DNA of 64,000 bases, from NCBI GenBank assembly GCA_031431925.1, contig JANPEL010000369.1, forward strand, positions 22,134 to 86,133. Direction: 5' to 3'. The first letter of the stretch is position 1; the number at the start of each line of letters is the position of its first letter. Origin of the DNA: Gemmatimonadota bacterium. Its GTDB lineage: Bacteria > Gemmatimonadota > Gemmatimonadetes > Gemmatimonadales > GWC2-71-9. The notes under the pieces are model-generated. The model saw nothing but the letters and a program-made list of their open reading frames with translations, had not been told where the DNA came from and did not search any database. A program made the position numbers and the translations under genes. Positions 44,451 to 54,122 of this stretch are shown here, piece after piece.

Positions 44451-45974
44451 ATGGGTTCATGCCGTGCCGCCTTCGCGGCGGTTGTCCTGTTGTCTGGGTG
44501 TCAAACGGCCTCAGGGCCGAGCGGCACGATGATCATCAACGTGCGGATTGTCGACGGAACGGGGTCTCCCGCCGCGTCCGGTGCGGTCCGGATCGTGGGC
44601 GACACAATCGTGGCGGTTGGCGCGGTCACGCCGGCCCCGGGCGATTCGGTTATCGATGGCCAAGGCATGGTGCTCGCACCCGGGTTCATCGATACCCACA
44701 GTCATCATGATTGGGGTCTGCTCAAGACACCCGATGCTCTCGGGGCGGTGAGCCAAGGTATCACGACCATTGTGGCCGGTAACGACGGGAGCCATCCAAT
44801 GCCCCTCGCCGCAACCTTCGACACCCTGGCCAAGGCTGGTTCCTCGATCAACGTGGCGTTCTACGCCGGGCATGGCAGCATTCGCTCCGCGGTCATGGGG
44901 GAGAACTTCAAGCGTCACGCCAGCTCCACGGAAGTCGATTCAATGGCGGTGCTCCTCGGGCAGGAACTCGACGCCGGCGCCCTCGGCCTGTCGAGCGGCC
45001 TCGAGTACGACCCCGGCATCAACTCGGACCGGGCCGAGGTGCTGGCGCTTGCCAAGGTTGCCGCCAAAGCAGGCGGACGATACATCAGCCATATCCGGAG
45101 CGAGGATCGGTGGTTCTGGGACGCCATCGATGAGATCATCACGATCGGCCGGGATGCCAAACTCCCGGTGCAAATCAGCCATATGAAGCTGGCCATGGTC
45201 CCACTCTGGGGAAAAACCGACAGCTTGTTCGGGCTCTTGGACGCCGCGCGGGCCAGCGGCATCGACATTACCGCCGACGTGTATCCGTACACCTATTGGC
45301 AGTCCACCCTGCAGGTTCTCTTTCCGAAGCGGGATTTCGCGAACCGGGCCGAGGCCAACAAGATTCTCAAGGAAATCTCGACGCCCGAGGGGCTCTTGAT
45401 CGGCGACTTCGAGGCCAATCCGGCCTACAAAGGCAAGACGGTGGCCGAGATCTCGAAACTCCGGAACGAAGATCCGGCGAGCACGTTGATGGGCCTGATT
45501 CGGGAAGCCATGGTGTGGGAAAAGGCCCACCCGGGTCAAGGCGGCGAGAGCGTCGTGGCCACCAGCATGGATGAAGGCGACATCGGCAAGCTTTTGGCGT
45601 GGGACCATACCAATGTGTGTTCCGATGGCGCGCTCGACGGCGCCCATCCGCGGGGATTCGGCGCCTTTCCGCGGGTATTAGGCAAGTACGTTCGGGAGCA
45701 GAAGGTCATGCCGCTCGAAGTGGCGGTCAAGAAGATGACCAGTCTGGCGGCGGCGCATGTTGGGCTCACACGCCGGGGAACGATCGCGCCCGGCCAGTTT
45801 GCCGACTTGGTTCTGTTCGACCCGGCCACGGTCGGCGACCGGGCCACACCCGCCGAGCCGCACCTGGTGTCGACCGGCATCGCCCGAGTCTGGGTCAACG
45901 GCCTTCCGGTCTGGCAGGACGGCAAGACGGTGGCGAGCCGGGCCGGACGCATGCTCAAGCGCCAGGCTCAATGA
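44451..45974 (+). CDS. N-acyl-D-amino-acid deacylase family amidohydrolase (COG3653-like), lipoprotein
   Basis: Lipobox VLLSGC; IINVRIVDGTGSPAASGAVRIVGDTIVAVG; canonical metal motif PGFIDTHSHHD. Start trimmed to the ATG at 44451. Confidence 0.8.
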   Translation: MGSCRAAFAAVVLLSGCQTASGPSGTMIINVRIVDGTGSPAASGAVRIVGDTIVAVGAVTPAPGDSVIDGQGMVLAPGFIDTHSHHDWGLLKTPDALGAVSQGITTIVAGNDGSHPMPLAATFDTLAKAGSSINVAFYAGHGSIRSAVMGENFKRHASSTEVDSMAVLLGQELDAGALGLSSGLEYDPGINSDRAEVLALAKVAAKAGGRYISHIRSEDRWFWDAIDEIITIGRDAKLPVQISHMKLAMVPLWGKTDSLFGLLDAARASGIDITADVYPYTYWQSTLQVLFPKRDFANRAEANKILKEISTPEGLLIGDFEANPAYKGKTVAEISKLRNEDPASTLMGLIREAMVWEKAHPGQGGESVVATSMDEGDIGKLLAWDHTNVCSDGALDGAHPRGFGAFPRVLGKYVREQKVMPLEVAVKKMTSLAAAHVGLTRRGTIAPGQFADLVLFDPATVGDRATPAEPHLVSTGIARVWVNGLPVWQDGKTVASRAGRMLKRQAQ

Positions 45975-46966
45975 ACCTCCTCGACCGGATCGAGGCCGCG
46001 GAGCAGCGAATCCGGGCTCAGGTTCGGGAAACGCCGCTGGTGCTCTGTCCGAGTCTCTCGGCGGAGACCGGTGGTCGGGTATTCCTGAAACTCGAGAATC
46101 AGCAGCTGACTGGTTCGTTCAAAGTCCGCGGTGCGCTCAACAAGATGTTGTCGCTCTCGGCTGACGAGCGGGCCCGGGGTGTGGTCACGGCGTCGAGCGG
46201 CAACCACGGCGTGGCGGTCGCGTATGCCGGGAAGTTGGCGGGCGTGGTACCCACGGTATACCTGGCGGACAACGCGGCGCCGTCCAAGGTGGCCAAGATT
46301 CTGAAGTTGGGCGCCCGGATCGAGATCTTCGGCAATGACTCCGGGTTGTCGGAGGTCGAGGCCCGGCGGGTCAGTGAACGAACCGGTCAGGTCTACCTGT
46401 CACCCTACAATGATTGGGATGTGGTGGCGGGGCAGGGCACCATCGGCATCGAGTTGCTCCGGCAGTGCCCCTCACTCAGCGCGGTGGTCGTGTCGGTCGG
46501 GGGTGGTGGGTTGATCGGTGGTATCGCGACGTGGCTCAAAGCCCATCGTCCCGAATTCTTGGTCCTCGGCTCATCGCCGAAGAACTCATGCGTCATGGCC
46601 GAGTCGGTGGCTCGAGGCGAGATTCTCGACTTGCCCTCGCTCCCGACCTTATCGGACGGAACCGCGGGAGGCGTCGAGGCCGGCGCCTTGACGTTTGACC
46701 TCTGCCGTGACTTGGTGGATCAGTACGATCTGCCCGAGGAATCGGACATCGTGGCAGCCCTCCGGCTCTTGTTCGAAGAGGAGCGTCTGGTGGTGGAGGG
46801 GGCGGCGGCCGTGGCGGTGGCTACCGTGCGACGACATCCCGACCGAGTGGCCGGTCGAGATGTCGCCGTGGTCCTCTGCGGCGGTAACATTGGTGCTGAG
46901 GTGTGGTGCCGGGCGGTCACGCCGGAGGAATCCGGAGCGTCACTTGGTCGCCGGGGCTCACCATGA
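45971..46966 (+). CDS. Fold-type II PLP-dependent serine/threonine dehydratase family protein
   Basis: ETPLV..., lysine motif TGSFKVRGA, SSGNHGVAVAYA, VGGGGLIGG. ATGA overlap with the upstream amidohydrolase stop. The upstream part of listed ORF 45599.. is rejected. Confidence 0.85.
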   Translation: MNLLDRIEAAEQRIRAQVRETPLVLCPSLSAETGGRVFLKLENQQLTGSFKVRGALNKMLSLSADERARGVVTASSGNHGVAVAYAGKLAGVVPTVYLADNAAPSKVAKILKLGARIEIFGNDSGLSEVEARRVSERTGQVYLSPYNDWDVVAGQGTIGIELLRQCPSLSAVVVSVGGGGLIGGIATWLKAHRPEFLVLGSSPKNSCVMAESVARGEILDLPSLPTLSDGTAGGVEAGALTFDLCRDLVDQYDLPEESDIVAALRLLFEEERLVVEGAAAVAVATVRRHPDRVAGRDVAVVLCGGNIGAEVWCRAVTPEESGASLGRRGSP

Positions 46967-47282
46967 TCTCATCGGACACCGGGGCCCGGGCGCTCCCGAT
47001 CGGGTCGGCTTGAAACCGAATCGACGTCATGCTCCGGACGAGGTACTTCGGCAGCGTGAACTTGGTCTGGCTGTTGCCGCCGGCCAAACCGAGCCGGACC
47101 CGTCGCCCGCCTTCGAGCGCGTAGATTGTCATATCGGGGAACGACTGGTTGTCCACGACGAGGAGCGTCGGCGTGTTGGGATCAATGTCGGTTTCAACCC
47201 GGTTGCGGTTGCACCCTGCTGTTCCGAGGGTGGTGATGGCGACCAGCGCCAGCGATAACGTCATGTTCATACGGCCTCCCAT
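46917..47282 (-). CDS. Small lipoprotein, unknown function
   Basis: MNMTLSLALVAITTLGTAGC lipobox and balanced composition. Its 3' end overlaps the convergent dehydratase gene by 50 nt. Confidence 0.5.
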   Translation of the reverse strand: MGGRMNMTLSLALVAITTLGTAGCNRNRVETDIDPNTPTLLVVDNQSFPDMTIYALEGGRRVRLGLAGGNSQTKFTLPKYLVRSMTSIRFQADPIGSARAPVSDEIMVSPGDQVTLRIPPA

Positions 47283-47373
47283 GTCCTTCGCGTCTCCGAC
47301 CCAACCGTAGTGCGCACCCTACCGACACCGGATCGGGCCCGCTCCCCTGATCGGCGTTCTTTTCACGAGGTGA

Positions 47374-48357
47374 ATGGTGACTGAAGTACCCCCGACTCTG
47401 CAAGCGATCGCCGCGGCCGCGGCCCGGATGGCGCCGTACATCCGGGAAACCCCGGTGTGGGATTGGCAGGACGACCTGGTGTCGGCGACGCTCAAACTCG
47501 AGTTGTTCCAGCATTCGGGAACCTTCAAGGCCCGGGGCGCGATCAACAACGTGTTGTCCCTCACGGACGACCAGCGGCGGCGCGGGGTGACGGCGGTCAG
47601 CGCGGGGAATCATGCCGCCGCGGTGGCCTATGCGGCCCACACGCTGGGTACCACCGCGAAGGTCGTGATGCCGAAGACCGCGAGCCCCGCCCGGATGGCG
47701 ATCTGCCGCCGGCTCGGTGCCGAAATCGTGCTGGCCGCCGACGTTCATGAGGCGTTTGCGCTGGTCAAGGAGGTCGAATCAGCGGAGGGCCGGACCTTCG
47801 TCCACCCCTTCGAGGGACCGACCACCGCCACCGGTACCGCCACGGTCGGACTCGAGTTCCTCCGGCAGGCCGATGATCTCGAGGCGATCGTGATTCCGAT
47901 CGGCGGCGGCGGATTGATCGGGGGCATGGCCGCCGCCATCAAACAAATCCGGCCTGACTGCCTCGTGTACGGGGTCGAACCGTCCGGCAATGATGTGATC
48001 AAACGAAGCGTGGCCTCAGGCGTTCCAGAAACCAGCCCGAACCCGAATACCATTGCCGACAGCCTGAGCCCGCCGTTCGCGTTGCCGTATAGTCTGAGCC
48101 TGGTGCAGCGGTTTGTCGACGACATCGTGTTGGTGAGCGACGACGATCTGACGGAAGCCATGTACCTGCTGTTTGAACGCATGAAACTCGCGGTGGAGCC
48201 GGCCGGCGCCGCCACGACGGCCGCCGCCCTGGGTCCGCTCCGGGAGCGCCTTCGCGGGAAGCGAACCGGCCTGCTGATCTGTGGCGCGAATATCGACGCC
48301 ACCCGCTTCGCCGAGTACCTGCAGCGGGGCGCGGCTCGATGGAGCAGCCGGGAGTAG
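47374..48357 (+). CDS. Fold-type II PLP-dependent serine/threonine dehydratase family protein (third paralog)
   Basis: ETPVW..., lysine motif SGTFKARGA, SAGNHAAAVAYA, IGGGGLIGG. Confidence 0.85.
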   Translation: MVTEVPPTLQAIAAAAARMAPYIRETPVWDWQDDLVSATLKLELFQHSGTFKARGAINNVLSLTDDQRRRGVTAVSAGNHAAAVAYAAHTLGTTAKVVMPKTASPARMAICRRLGAEIVLAADVHEAFALVKEVESAEGRTFVHPFEGPTTATGTATVGLEFLRQADDLEAIVIPIGGGGLIGGMAAAIKQIRPDCLVYGVEPSGNDVIKRSVASGVPETSPNPNTIADSLSPPFALPYSLSLVQRFVDDIVLVSDDDLTEAMYLLFERMKLAVEPAGAATTAAALGPLRERLRGKRTGLLICGANIDATRFAEYLQRGAARWSSRE

Positions 48358-48379
48358 GGGTGGTGACGACGTGATCGTC

Positions 48380-48544
48380 ATGGTCCTATACCTGGTGTTG
48401 GTCGGGGGACTCTTGGTGCTGCTGATGGCGTCGCTCAGTGCGCTCCGGGAGGCCATTCGACAGCGGGCTCGTTGGCAGGGCATCGGGCTGGCGATTGGCC
48501 TCGCGCTCGCGTCCCTGCTTGGTATTTGGGCTATCCTCATTTGA
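48380..48544 (+). CDS. Possible small two-TM membrane protein (54 aa)
   Basis: MVLYLVLVGGLLVLLMASL...IGLAIGLALASLLGIWAILI. No family recognised; the start could be GTG 48371. Confidence 0.3.
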   Translation: MVLYLVLVGGLLVLLMASLSALREAIRQRARWQGIGLAIGLALASLLGIWAILI

Positions 48545-48557
48545 AGCAGGGTCAGTG

Positions 48558-49019
48558 ATGAGCGCATCAGCCATAGTCCGCCAGGCCACGCCCGATGATC
48601 TCGAGCCGGTGGCGCACCTGTTCGACCAGTACCGGCAGTTCTACCGCCGAACCTCCGATCTGGCCGCGGCCCGCGCGTTCATTGGGAGCCGGCTCCAGAA
48701 CGGCGACTCGATCATCTTCGTGGTCCAGGCCGAACCAGGCGGAGCCCTCGTCGGATTCACCCAACTCTATCCGCTGTTCGCCTCGCTTTCGATTGGCCGG
48801 GCCTTCGTCCTGAACGACCTCTTCGTCAGTCCGGTGGCCCGGGGGTTCGGCCTGGGCCGCCATCTCTTGGAACGGGCCGCCGAGTATGGCCGGGATACCG
48901 GCGCCCGCTATCTCGAGCTGTCGACCGAGACCACCAATGCGGCAGCTCGGCGATTGTATGAAAAACTGGGTTGGGTCCGCGAAACCTCGTTCTACCACTA
49001 TTCGTTGGACCTGGGGTGA
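48558..49019 (+). CDS. GNAT family N-acetyltransferase
   Basis: VLNDLFVSPVARGFGLGRHLLERAAEYG is an acetyl-CoA motif A; also AARRLYEKLGW. Start trimmed to the ATG at 48558. Confidence 0.75.
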   Translation: MSASAIVRQATPDDLEPVAHLFDQYRQFYRRTSDLAAARAFIGSRLQNGDSIIFVVQAEPGGALVGFTQLYPLFASLSIGRAFVLNDLFVSPVARGFGLGRHLLERAAEYGRDTGARYLELSTETTNAAARRLYEKLGWVRETSFYHYSLDLG

Positions 49020-49771
49020 CCGGTAACGCCTTTCAAGACCATTTCTCGGCCCGCGCTGAAGGGTACGCCCTGTTTCGGCCGTCGTACCCGGCGGCGCTGT
49101 TCCGGTGGTTGGCCGACGCGTGCCCCGCTCGGTCGGTGGCCTGGGACTGTGGCACGGGCAGCGGGCAGGCCGCCCTGGGCTTGGCTCCCTACTTTGACCG
49201 GATCGTGGCCACCGACGCGAGTGCCTCGCAACTCGAGCATGCCAAGGCGGCACCAAACGTCGAGTATCGAGTGGCGCCGGCCGAGTCGTCAGGCCTCGAC
49301 GACCGGAGCGTCGATCTCGTGAGTGTGGCCCAGGCGCTCCATTGGTTCGAACGCCCCCGATTCTTCGCGGAAGTGGGACGGGTCCTTCGCCCGGGCGGCT
49401 TGCTGGCGTGCTGGATGTACAACGTCATGGCGGTGAGCGAGGCGGTCGACCGGGTGGTGGCCCACCTCTATACTGATGTCGTCGGCCCATTTTGGCCTGG
49501 CGACCGGGTCCTGATCGACCAAGACTATCGAAGCATCGTGATGCCGTTCGCGGAGTTCGAACCGCCGGGTTTCGAGATGGCGGAGCAATGGTCGTTCGAG
49601 CACGTGGTCGGCTACCTTCGGACCTGGTCCGCCGTGACCCGGTATCGCCAAGCGAAGGGCCCCGACCCGGTCGGCTTGATTGAGGCCGATTTGCTGGCGG
49701 CCTGGGGCGATCCCGCCCGAATCCGGCCGATTCGCTTTCCGTTGACGCTCCGGGTTGCCCGGCCCGCGTAA
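49016..49771 (+). CDS. Class I SAM-dependent methyltransferase
   Basis: Motif I VAWDCGTGSGQAA; post-I IVATDAS; LRPGGLLACW. GTG start forms GTGA with the GNAT stop. Confidence 0.75.
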   Translation: MTGNAFQDHFSARAEGYALFRPSYPAALFRWLADACPARSVAWDCGTGSGQAALGLAPYFDRIVATDASASQLEHAKAAPNVEYRVAPAESSGLDDRSVDLVSVAQALHWFERPRFFAEVGRVLRPGGLLACWMYNVMAVSEAVDRVVAHLYTDVVGPFWPGDRVLIDQDYRSIVMPFAEFEPPGFEMAEQWSFEHVVGYLRTWSAVTRYRQAKGPDPVGLIEADLLAAWGDPARIRPIRFPLTLRVARPA

Positions 49772-49807
49772 CCCTGTTGCCGTTCTGGCCCACTCATTGA
49801 GGCTGCC

Positions 49808-51169
49808 ATGTTGCTCACCGCCGTCCTTGCGCTATTCACTGGTCCGAGTCCGATGGCCGTACTGCCGCAGCCCCCGCGCCGGTACGCGTTCATCAATGTT
49901 TCGGTCGTACCGATGGACCGGGACCGGGTCTTGTCCGGGCAGACCGTCATCGTCGAGGGCGACCGGATTACGGCGGTTGGCGCGACCGGCTCGGTGGCCG
50001 TTCCCGCCGATGCGGTCCGGATCGAGGGCCGGGGCAAGTTCCTGATTCCGGGCCTCGCGGAAATGCATGCGCACATTCCCCCTGGTCGACAGGTGGCCGA
50101 CTCGACGATCGAGCGGGTACTGGCGTTGTTTGCGCTGAACGGTGTCACCACCGTCCGCGGCATGCTAGGCGACCCGCGCCATCTGCCGCTTCGCGATCGG
50201 GCGGCCCGGGGCGAGTTGCTGAGCCCGACGATCTACTCGTCGAGTCCGTCGGTCAACGGCAACACGATGCGGACCCCGGCTGCGGCCGCCGACTCCGTGA
50301 CGACCTACCGGCGGGCGGGCTACGATTTCCTCAAGATTCACCCGGGGCTCTCCCGGGAGGTCTTCGACACGATCGCGGCCACGGCCAAACGGGTGGGGAT
50401 TCGGTTCGCCGGCCATGTCCCCCTCGACGTCGGGATCGAGCGGGCGATCGAAGCCGGCTACTGGTCGGTGGATCACTTCGACGGCGTGATGGAAGGGCTG
50501 GTGCCGGCTACCCGGCCTTTTACCGCGGCGGAGGATGGTTTCTTTGGGCTGGGCTTGATCGACCGGGCCGACGAACGACGAATTCCGGTCTTGGCCGCCA
50601 AAGCCAAGGCGGCCGGCGTGTGGGTCGTGCCGACCGAAACCCTGATGCGGCACATCGTCGGCAACTACTCAGTCGATGAGATGCGGGGATGGCCGGAACT
50701 CAAGTACATGACGGCCGGTGAAGTGGCAGGCTGGGTTCGGACCACGGCCGCCATGCGTGGCGACACGACGGTGTCGGCCGCATCCAAAGCCCGCTACCTC
50801 GGGTTCCGAAACCGGTTGATCAAGGAATTCCACCGGGCCGGCGTCGGTTTCCTGCTCGGGTCCGACGCACCGCAGGTGTGGAATGTGCCCGGCTTCTCGT
50901 TGCGCCGAGAGCTCCGCTATCTGGTCGATGCCGGTCTGACGCCGTTCCAGGCGCTCGAGTCCGGCACCCGGAACGTGGCCGTCTACTTCGGAATCGAGGC
51001 GGCGACCGGTACGATCGCGGCCGGGAAACGAGCGGACCTGGTCCTGCTCGACGGGAATCCGCTCCAGGACATTGCCAATGTCGGCCGCCAGAGCGGGGTC
51101 ATGGTCCGGGGCCGGTGGCTCGACCAGGCCGAGATCGCCAGCCGCCTCAAGGCGATCGAAGCCAGGTAG
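49808..51169 (+). CDS. Secreted amidohydrolase-superfamily metallohydrolase (COG1228-like)
   Basis: GKFLIPGLAEMHAHI (HxH), IRFAGHVP, VDHFDG, GSDAP, PGFSLRRELRYLVDAGL. Confidence 0.8.
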   Translation: MLLTAVLALFTGPSPMAVLPQPPRRYAFINVSVVPMDRDRVLSGQTVIVEGDRITAVGATGSVAVPADAVRIEGRGKFLIPGLAEMHAHIPPGRQVADSTIERVLALFALNGVTTVRGMLGDPRHLPLRDRAARGELLSPTIYSSSPSVNGNTMRTPAAAADSVTTYRRAGYDFLKIHPGLSREVFDTIAATAKRVGIRFAGHVPLDVGIERAIEAGYWSVDHFDGVMEGLVPATRPFTAAEDGFFGLGLIDRADERRIPVLAAKAKAAGVWVVPTETLMRHIVGNYSVDEMRGWPELKYMTAGEVAGWVRTTAAMRGDTTVSAASKARYLGFRNRLIKEFHRAGVGFLLGSDAPQVWNVPGFSLRRELRYLVDAGLTPFQALESGTRNVAVYFGIEAATGTIAAGKRADLVLLDGNPLQDIANVGRQSGVMVRGRWLDQAEIASRLKAIEAR

Positions 51170-51170
51170 C

Positions 51171-52541
51171 CTACCGGGGCAGGCGCTCCTCGAGGTCGGC
51201 CACGACGAAGGCCATGACGGCCATGGCGGCGACGTTCATGGCCACCTCGCGGGGGTCGAGTTTGTCGACGTTGTCGGCTTCGGTGTGGTGATACCAGAAG
51301 TACTTGGTGCCGTCGACATTGTGGCCCATACCGGGAACACCTAACGCCATGATCGGGCCGATGTCGGCCCCGCCGCCGGCGGGTCCGATCGAATCGGCGC
51401 CGACTCGCTTCAGCAGGGGCGACATCCGCTTGAGGATGGCCCGGGCCGCCTCCGACCCGGTAAACCCGAACCCGGTGGGTCGGAACACCCCGCCGTCCGA
51501 CTCGATGGCCAGAATGTGTTTGGCCAACTCGCTCTGGTGGGCATCCCGGTACCCGGCGCCCCCGCGGCCCCCATTTTCTTCATTGGTCCAGCCCACGACC
51601 CGGATCGTCCGCCGGGGCCGAAGTCCGAGCTGTTTCATGAGCCGGATGGCTTCCCAGGCGATGACCACCCCGCCGATGTCATCCATGGCCCCGGTTCCGA
51701 CGTCCCAGGAGTCGGTGTGGCCGCCCATCACGACGATTTCGTCGGGCTTTTCGGACCCGCGAATTTCGCCGATCACGTTCTTGGATGGTGAATCCGGCAG
51801 GGTGGCGGCGGCCATCTCCACTTTGACCACGACCTTCTCGCCCCGGTTCCTGATCCGGTGAATCATCGACGCGTCTTCCGCCGTGATGGCGAAGTGCGGG
51901 ATCTTGGTGACCGCGGCGTCGTACCGCATGCCGCCGGTGTGGGGCGTCCGCATCCCGAACGGTCCCACCGAGCGAATCATGCTGGCCACGGCGCCGACCT
52001 TGGCCGCCTCGACCGCGCCGGCGCCGCGGTACTGCACGGTGGCGCCGTAATTGGTGAACGGCACATCGAACAGCACGATCTTTCCCCGGGCCTCGGCGGC
52101 CCGGGCTTTCAGGTCGTCGAAACTGGTGACGACCATGACCTCCGCCGTGATCCCGCCGGACGGCGTGCCGATGCTCCCGCCGAGCCCGAGCATCGGGAGC
52201 TGGCCGAAGCGGGGCTGCAGCATGGCGGCGCTTTCCCGGCCTCGGACCCAGCGGGGCACCATGACCGGTTCGCCCCGGACATTTTCGAGTCCATCCGCCT
52301 TCATCCGCTCGAGGATCCAGTCGTGGGCCTGTTCCAGGGCCGCCGAGCCGGAGATCCGGTGCCCGAACCGGTCGGCCAGCTCGGCGATCTTGTTCCAGGC
52401 GGCGCTATCGGCGAGGGCGGCCGAGGTCAGCCGGTCGGCGACGGCCTGATAGCGGGTGACGATCGGGTCGGGTTGGGCCTCCGCGGCGACCGACGCGAGC
52501 GAGAGCATGGCAAGGACGGCAAGGCGGATCGACGGCGACAT
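51171..52541 (-). CDS. M28 family aminopeptidase with PA domain, secreted
   Basis: Signal peptide; VVMGGHTDSWDVGTGAMDDIGG; WTNEENGGRGG; YHHTEADN. Confidence 0.8.
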   Translation of the reverse strand: MSPSIRLAVLAMLSLASVAAEAQPDPIVTRYQAVADRLTSAALADSAAWNKIAELADRFGHRISGSAALEQAHDWILERMKADGLENVRGEPVMVPRWVRGRESAAMLQPRFGQLPMLGLGGSIGTPSGGITAEVMVVTSFDDLKARAAEARGKIVLFDVPFTNYGATVQYRGAGAVEAAKVGAVASMIRSVGPFGMRTPHTGGMRYDAAVTKIPHFAITAEDASMIHRIRNRGEKVVVKVEMAAATLPDSPSKNVIGEIRGSEKPDEIVVMGGHTDSWDVGTGAMDDIGGVVIAWEAIRLMKQLGLRPRRTIRVVGWTNEENGGRGGAGYRDAHQSELAKHILAIESDGGVFRPTGFGFTGSEAARAILKRMSPLLKRVGADSIGPAGGGADIGPIMALGVPGMGHNVDGTKYFWYHHTEADNVDKLDPREVAMNVAAMAVMAFVVADLEERLPR

Positions 52542-52634
52542 AGGCCCGTGGTCTGGTGGTTGAGGTTCGGAAGTCTAGCGCTGCCCGCCGGGCATCTCTA
52601 GTATCCGGCACCCCGTGGAACCGAGTGTGTTGGT

Positions 52635-53153
52635 ATGGTGACCGATCTGGTGTTGGCTCTTGCTCTCGCAATGGGATGTGGCGGTACTCCGATGGACCAA
52701 CAGATCCCGACCTATCGGAACCACAACTATCGGCAGCGGGTCGACACCTTGGGGGTCGAAGCCTTCGTCCCGTCCCCGGCCGGTCGGGTATGGGAGGTGT
52801 TGCCGGCGGTGCTCACGGATCTTGGCTTGGAGATCAACTTTCGGGAGCCCACCATCAAACGGATCGGTAGCTGCTACCAGAAAACCCGGGTCCGGCTCGG
52901 GACGGAAGCGTTGTCCACGTTCGTCGACTGCGGCGACAGTCGCGGCCTCCCGAACGCCGATCGGTACGACGTGGCGCTCACCGTTCTCGTCACGGTGGTT
53001 CCGACGTCTCCGACGACGACGAAGATCTTCACCTTCTTGCTCGGCGTCGGCCTGGAATCCTCGGGTACTGCAGGCAGTCGAATCTGGTGCTTTTCCCGCG
53101 GGGTCCTCGAAGAACGAATTCGGACCAGGCTGGAGCAGCAGACCCGAACCTGA
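52635..53153 (+). CDS. Lipoprotein, unknown function
   Basis: MVTDLVLALALAMGC lipobox; no family recognised. Confidence 0.5.
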   Translation: MVTDLVLALALAMGCGGTPMDQQIPTYRNHNYRQRVDTLGVEAFVPSPAGRVWEVLPAVLTDLGLEINFREPTIKRIGSCYQKTRVRLGTEALSTFVDCGDSRGLPNADRYDVALTVLVTVVPTSPTTTKIFTFLLGVGLESSGTAGSRIWCFSRGVLEERIRTRLEQQTRT

Positions 53154-53221
53154 CCGGTGTTTGCAGAGAGCCGGGACTCGCGCTACTCTCCAGTGTATAC
53201 CAACTTGGATACCGCCCTGAA

Positions 53222-54112
53222 ATGACCCGCTTGCTTGGTCTGATTTGTTGGATTGCCCTGACCCAGGGCGATTTCGTCGTGGCGCAGTCGGGCGCCAAGC
53301 TCGACCTCTATTGGCGGAAACTCGGGGCGGACATTGCCAAGGTCGAGAACGGGTTCGATGGCGTGATGGGCGTGGCGGTGAAGGACCTGACCGACGGCCG
53401 GACCTACCTCCTCAACGCCACCGAGCCGATGCCGACGGCCAGCATGATCAAGATTGCGGTGCTCGCGGAATTGTTCCGGCAGAACCGGCTCAACGAGCGG
53501 TATGTGGTCGACCGAAAGGATGGGCTGCCCGGCGACGACATCCTCTCCCGGCTGACCCCGGGCGTTACCACGCTGACCCTTCGAGACGTAGCCGTGCTGA
53601 TGGTGGCGGTCAGCGACAACTCCGCTACCAACGTCTTGATCGACCGGCTCTCGATGGCCGCGGTCAACCGGCTGCTCGATACCCTGGGCCTGACCGCCAC
53701 CCGCTTGAATCGCCGGATGCTGGATCTCGATGCCGCCCGGGCTGGCCGGGAGAACGTGGCCACGCCGCTCGAGATGGTGCGGCTCCTCGAAGCCATCCAT
53801 GCCGGCCGCGCGTTCCCTGCGGAGCGGCTGCCGGGGTTCCTCGAGATCTTGAGCATTCACAAAGAGGGGTACCTCAACGCCTGGCTTCCCGAAGGCACCC
53901 CGATGGCCAACAAGCCGGGGTGGCTCGACGGCGTTCGGACCGATGCCGCCCTTGGCCTCCTCCCCAGGCGGCCTTATGCGGTGGCGGTCATGACGACGTA
54001 CGCCCCGATCGACCGGTCGGCCGATACGGCCATCGCGACCATCGGGAAGTTGGTTCACGAGTTCTTCGACCGGCTCGGGCGTTCGTCGCCCCTTGGCCGG
54101 CAGCTGCCATAG
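53222..54112 (+). CDS. Class A beta-lactamase-related serine hydrolase (non-canonical motifs)
   Basis: SxxK = ASMIK, SDN = VSDNSATN, but KPG in place of KTG and no clear ExxLN omega-loop. Start trimmed to the ATG at 53222. Confidence 0.75.
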   Translation: MTRLLGLICWIALTQGDFVVAQSGAKLDLYWRKLGADIAKVENGFDGVMGVAVKDLTDGRTYLLNATEPMPTASMIKIAVLAELFRQNRLNERYVVDRKDGLPGDDILSRLTPGVTTLTLRDVAVLMVAVSDNSATNVLIDRLSMAAVNRLLDTLGLTATRLNRRMLDLDAARAGRENVATPLEMVRLLEAIHAGRAFPAERLPGFLEILSIHKEGYLNAWLPEGTPMANKPGWLDGVRTDAALGLLPRRPYAVAVMTTYAPIDRSADTAIATIGKLVHEFFDRLGRSSPLGRQLP

Positions 54113-54122
54113 CGGATCGTCG

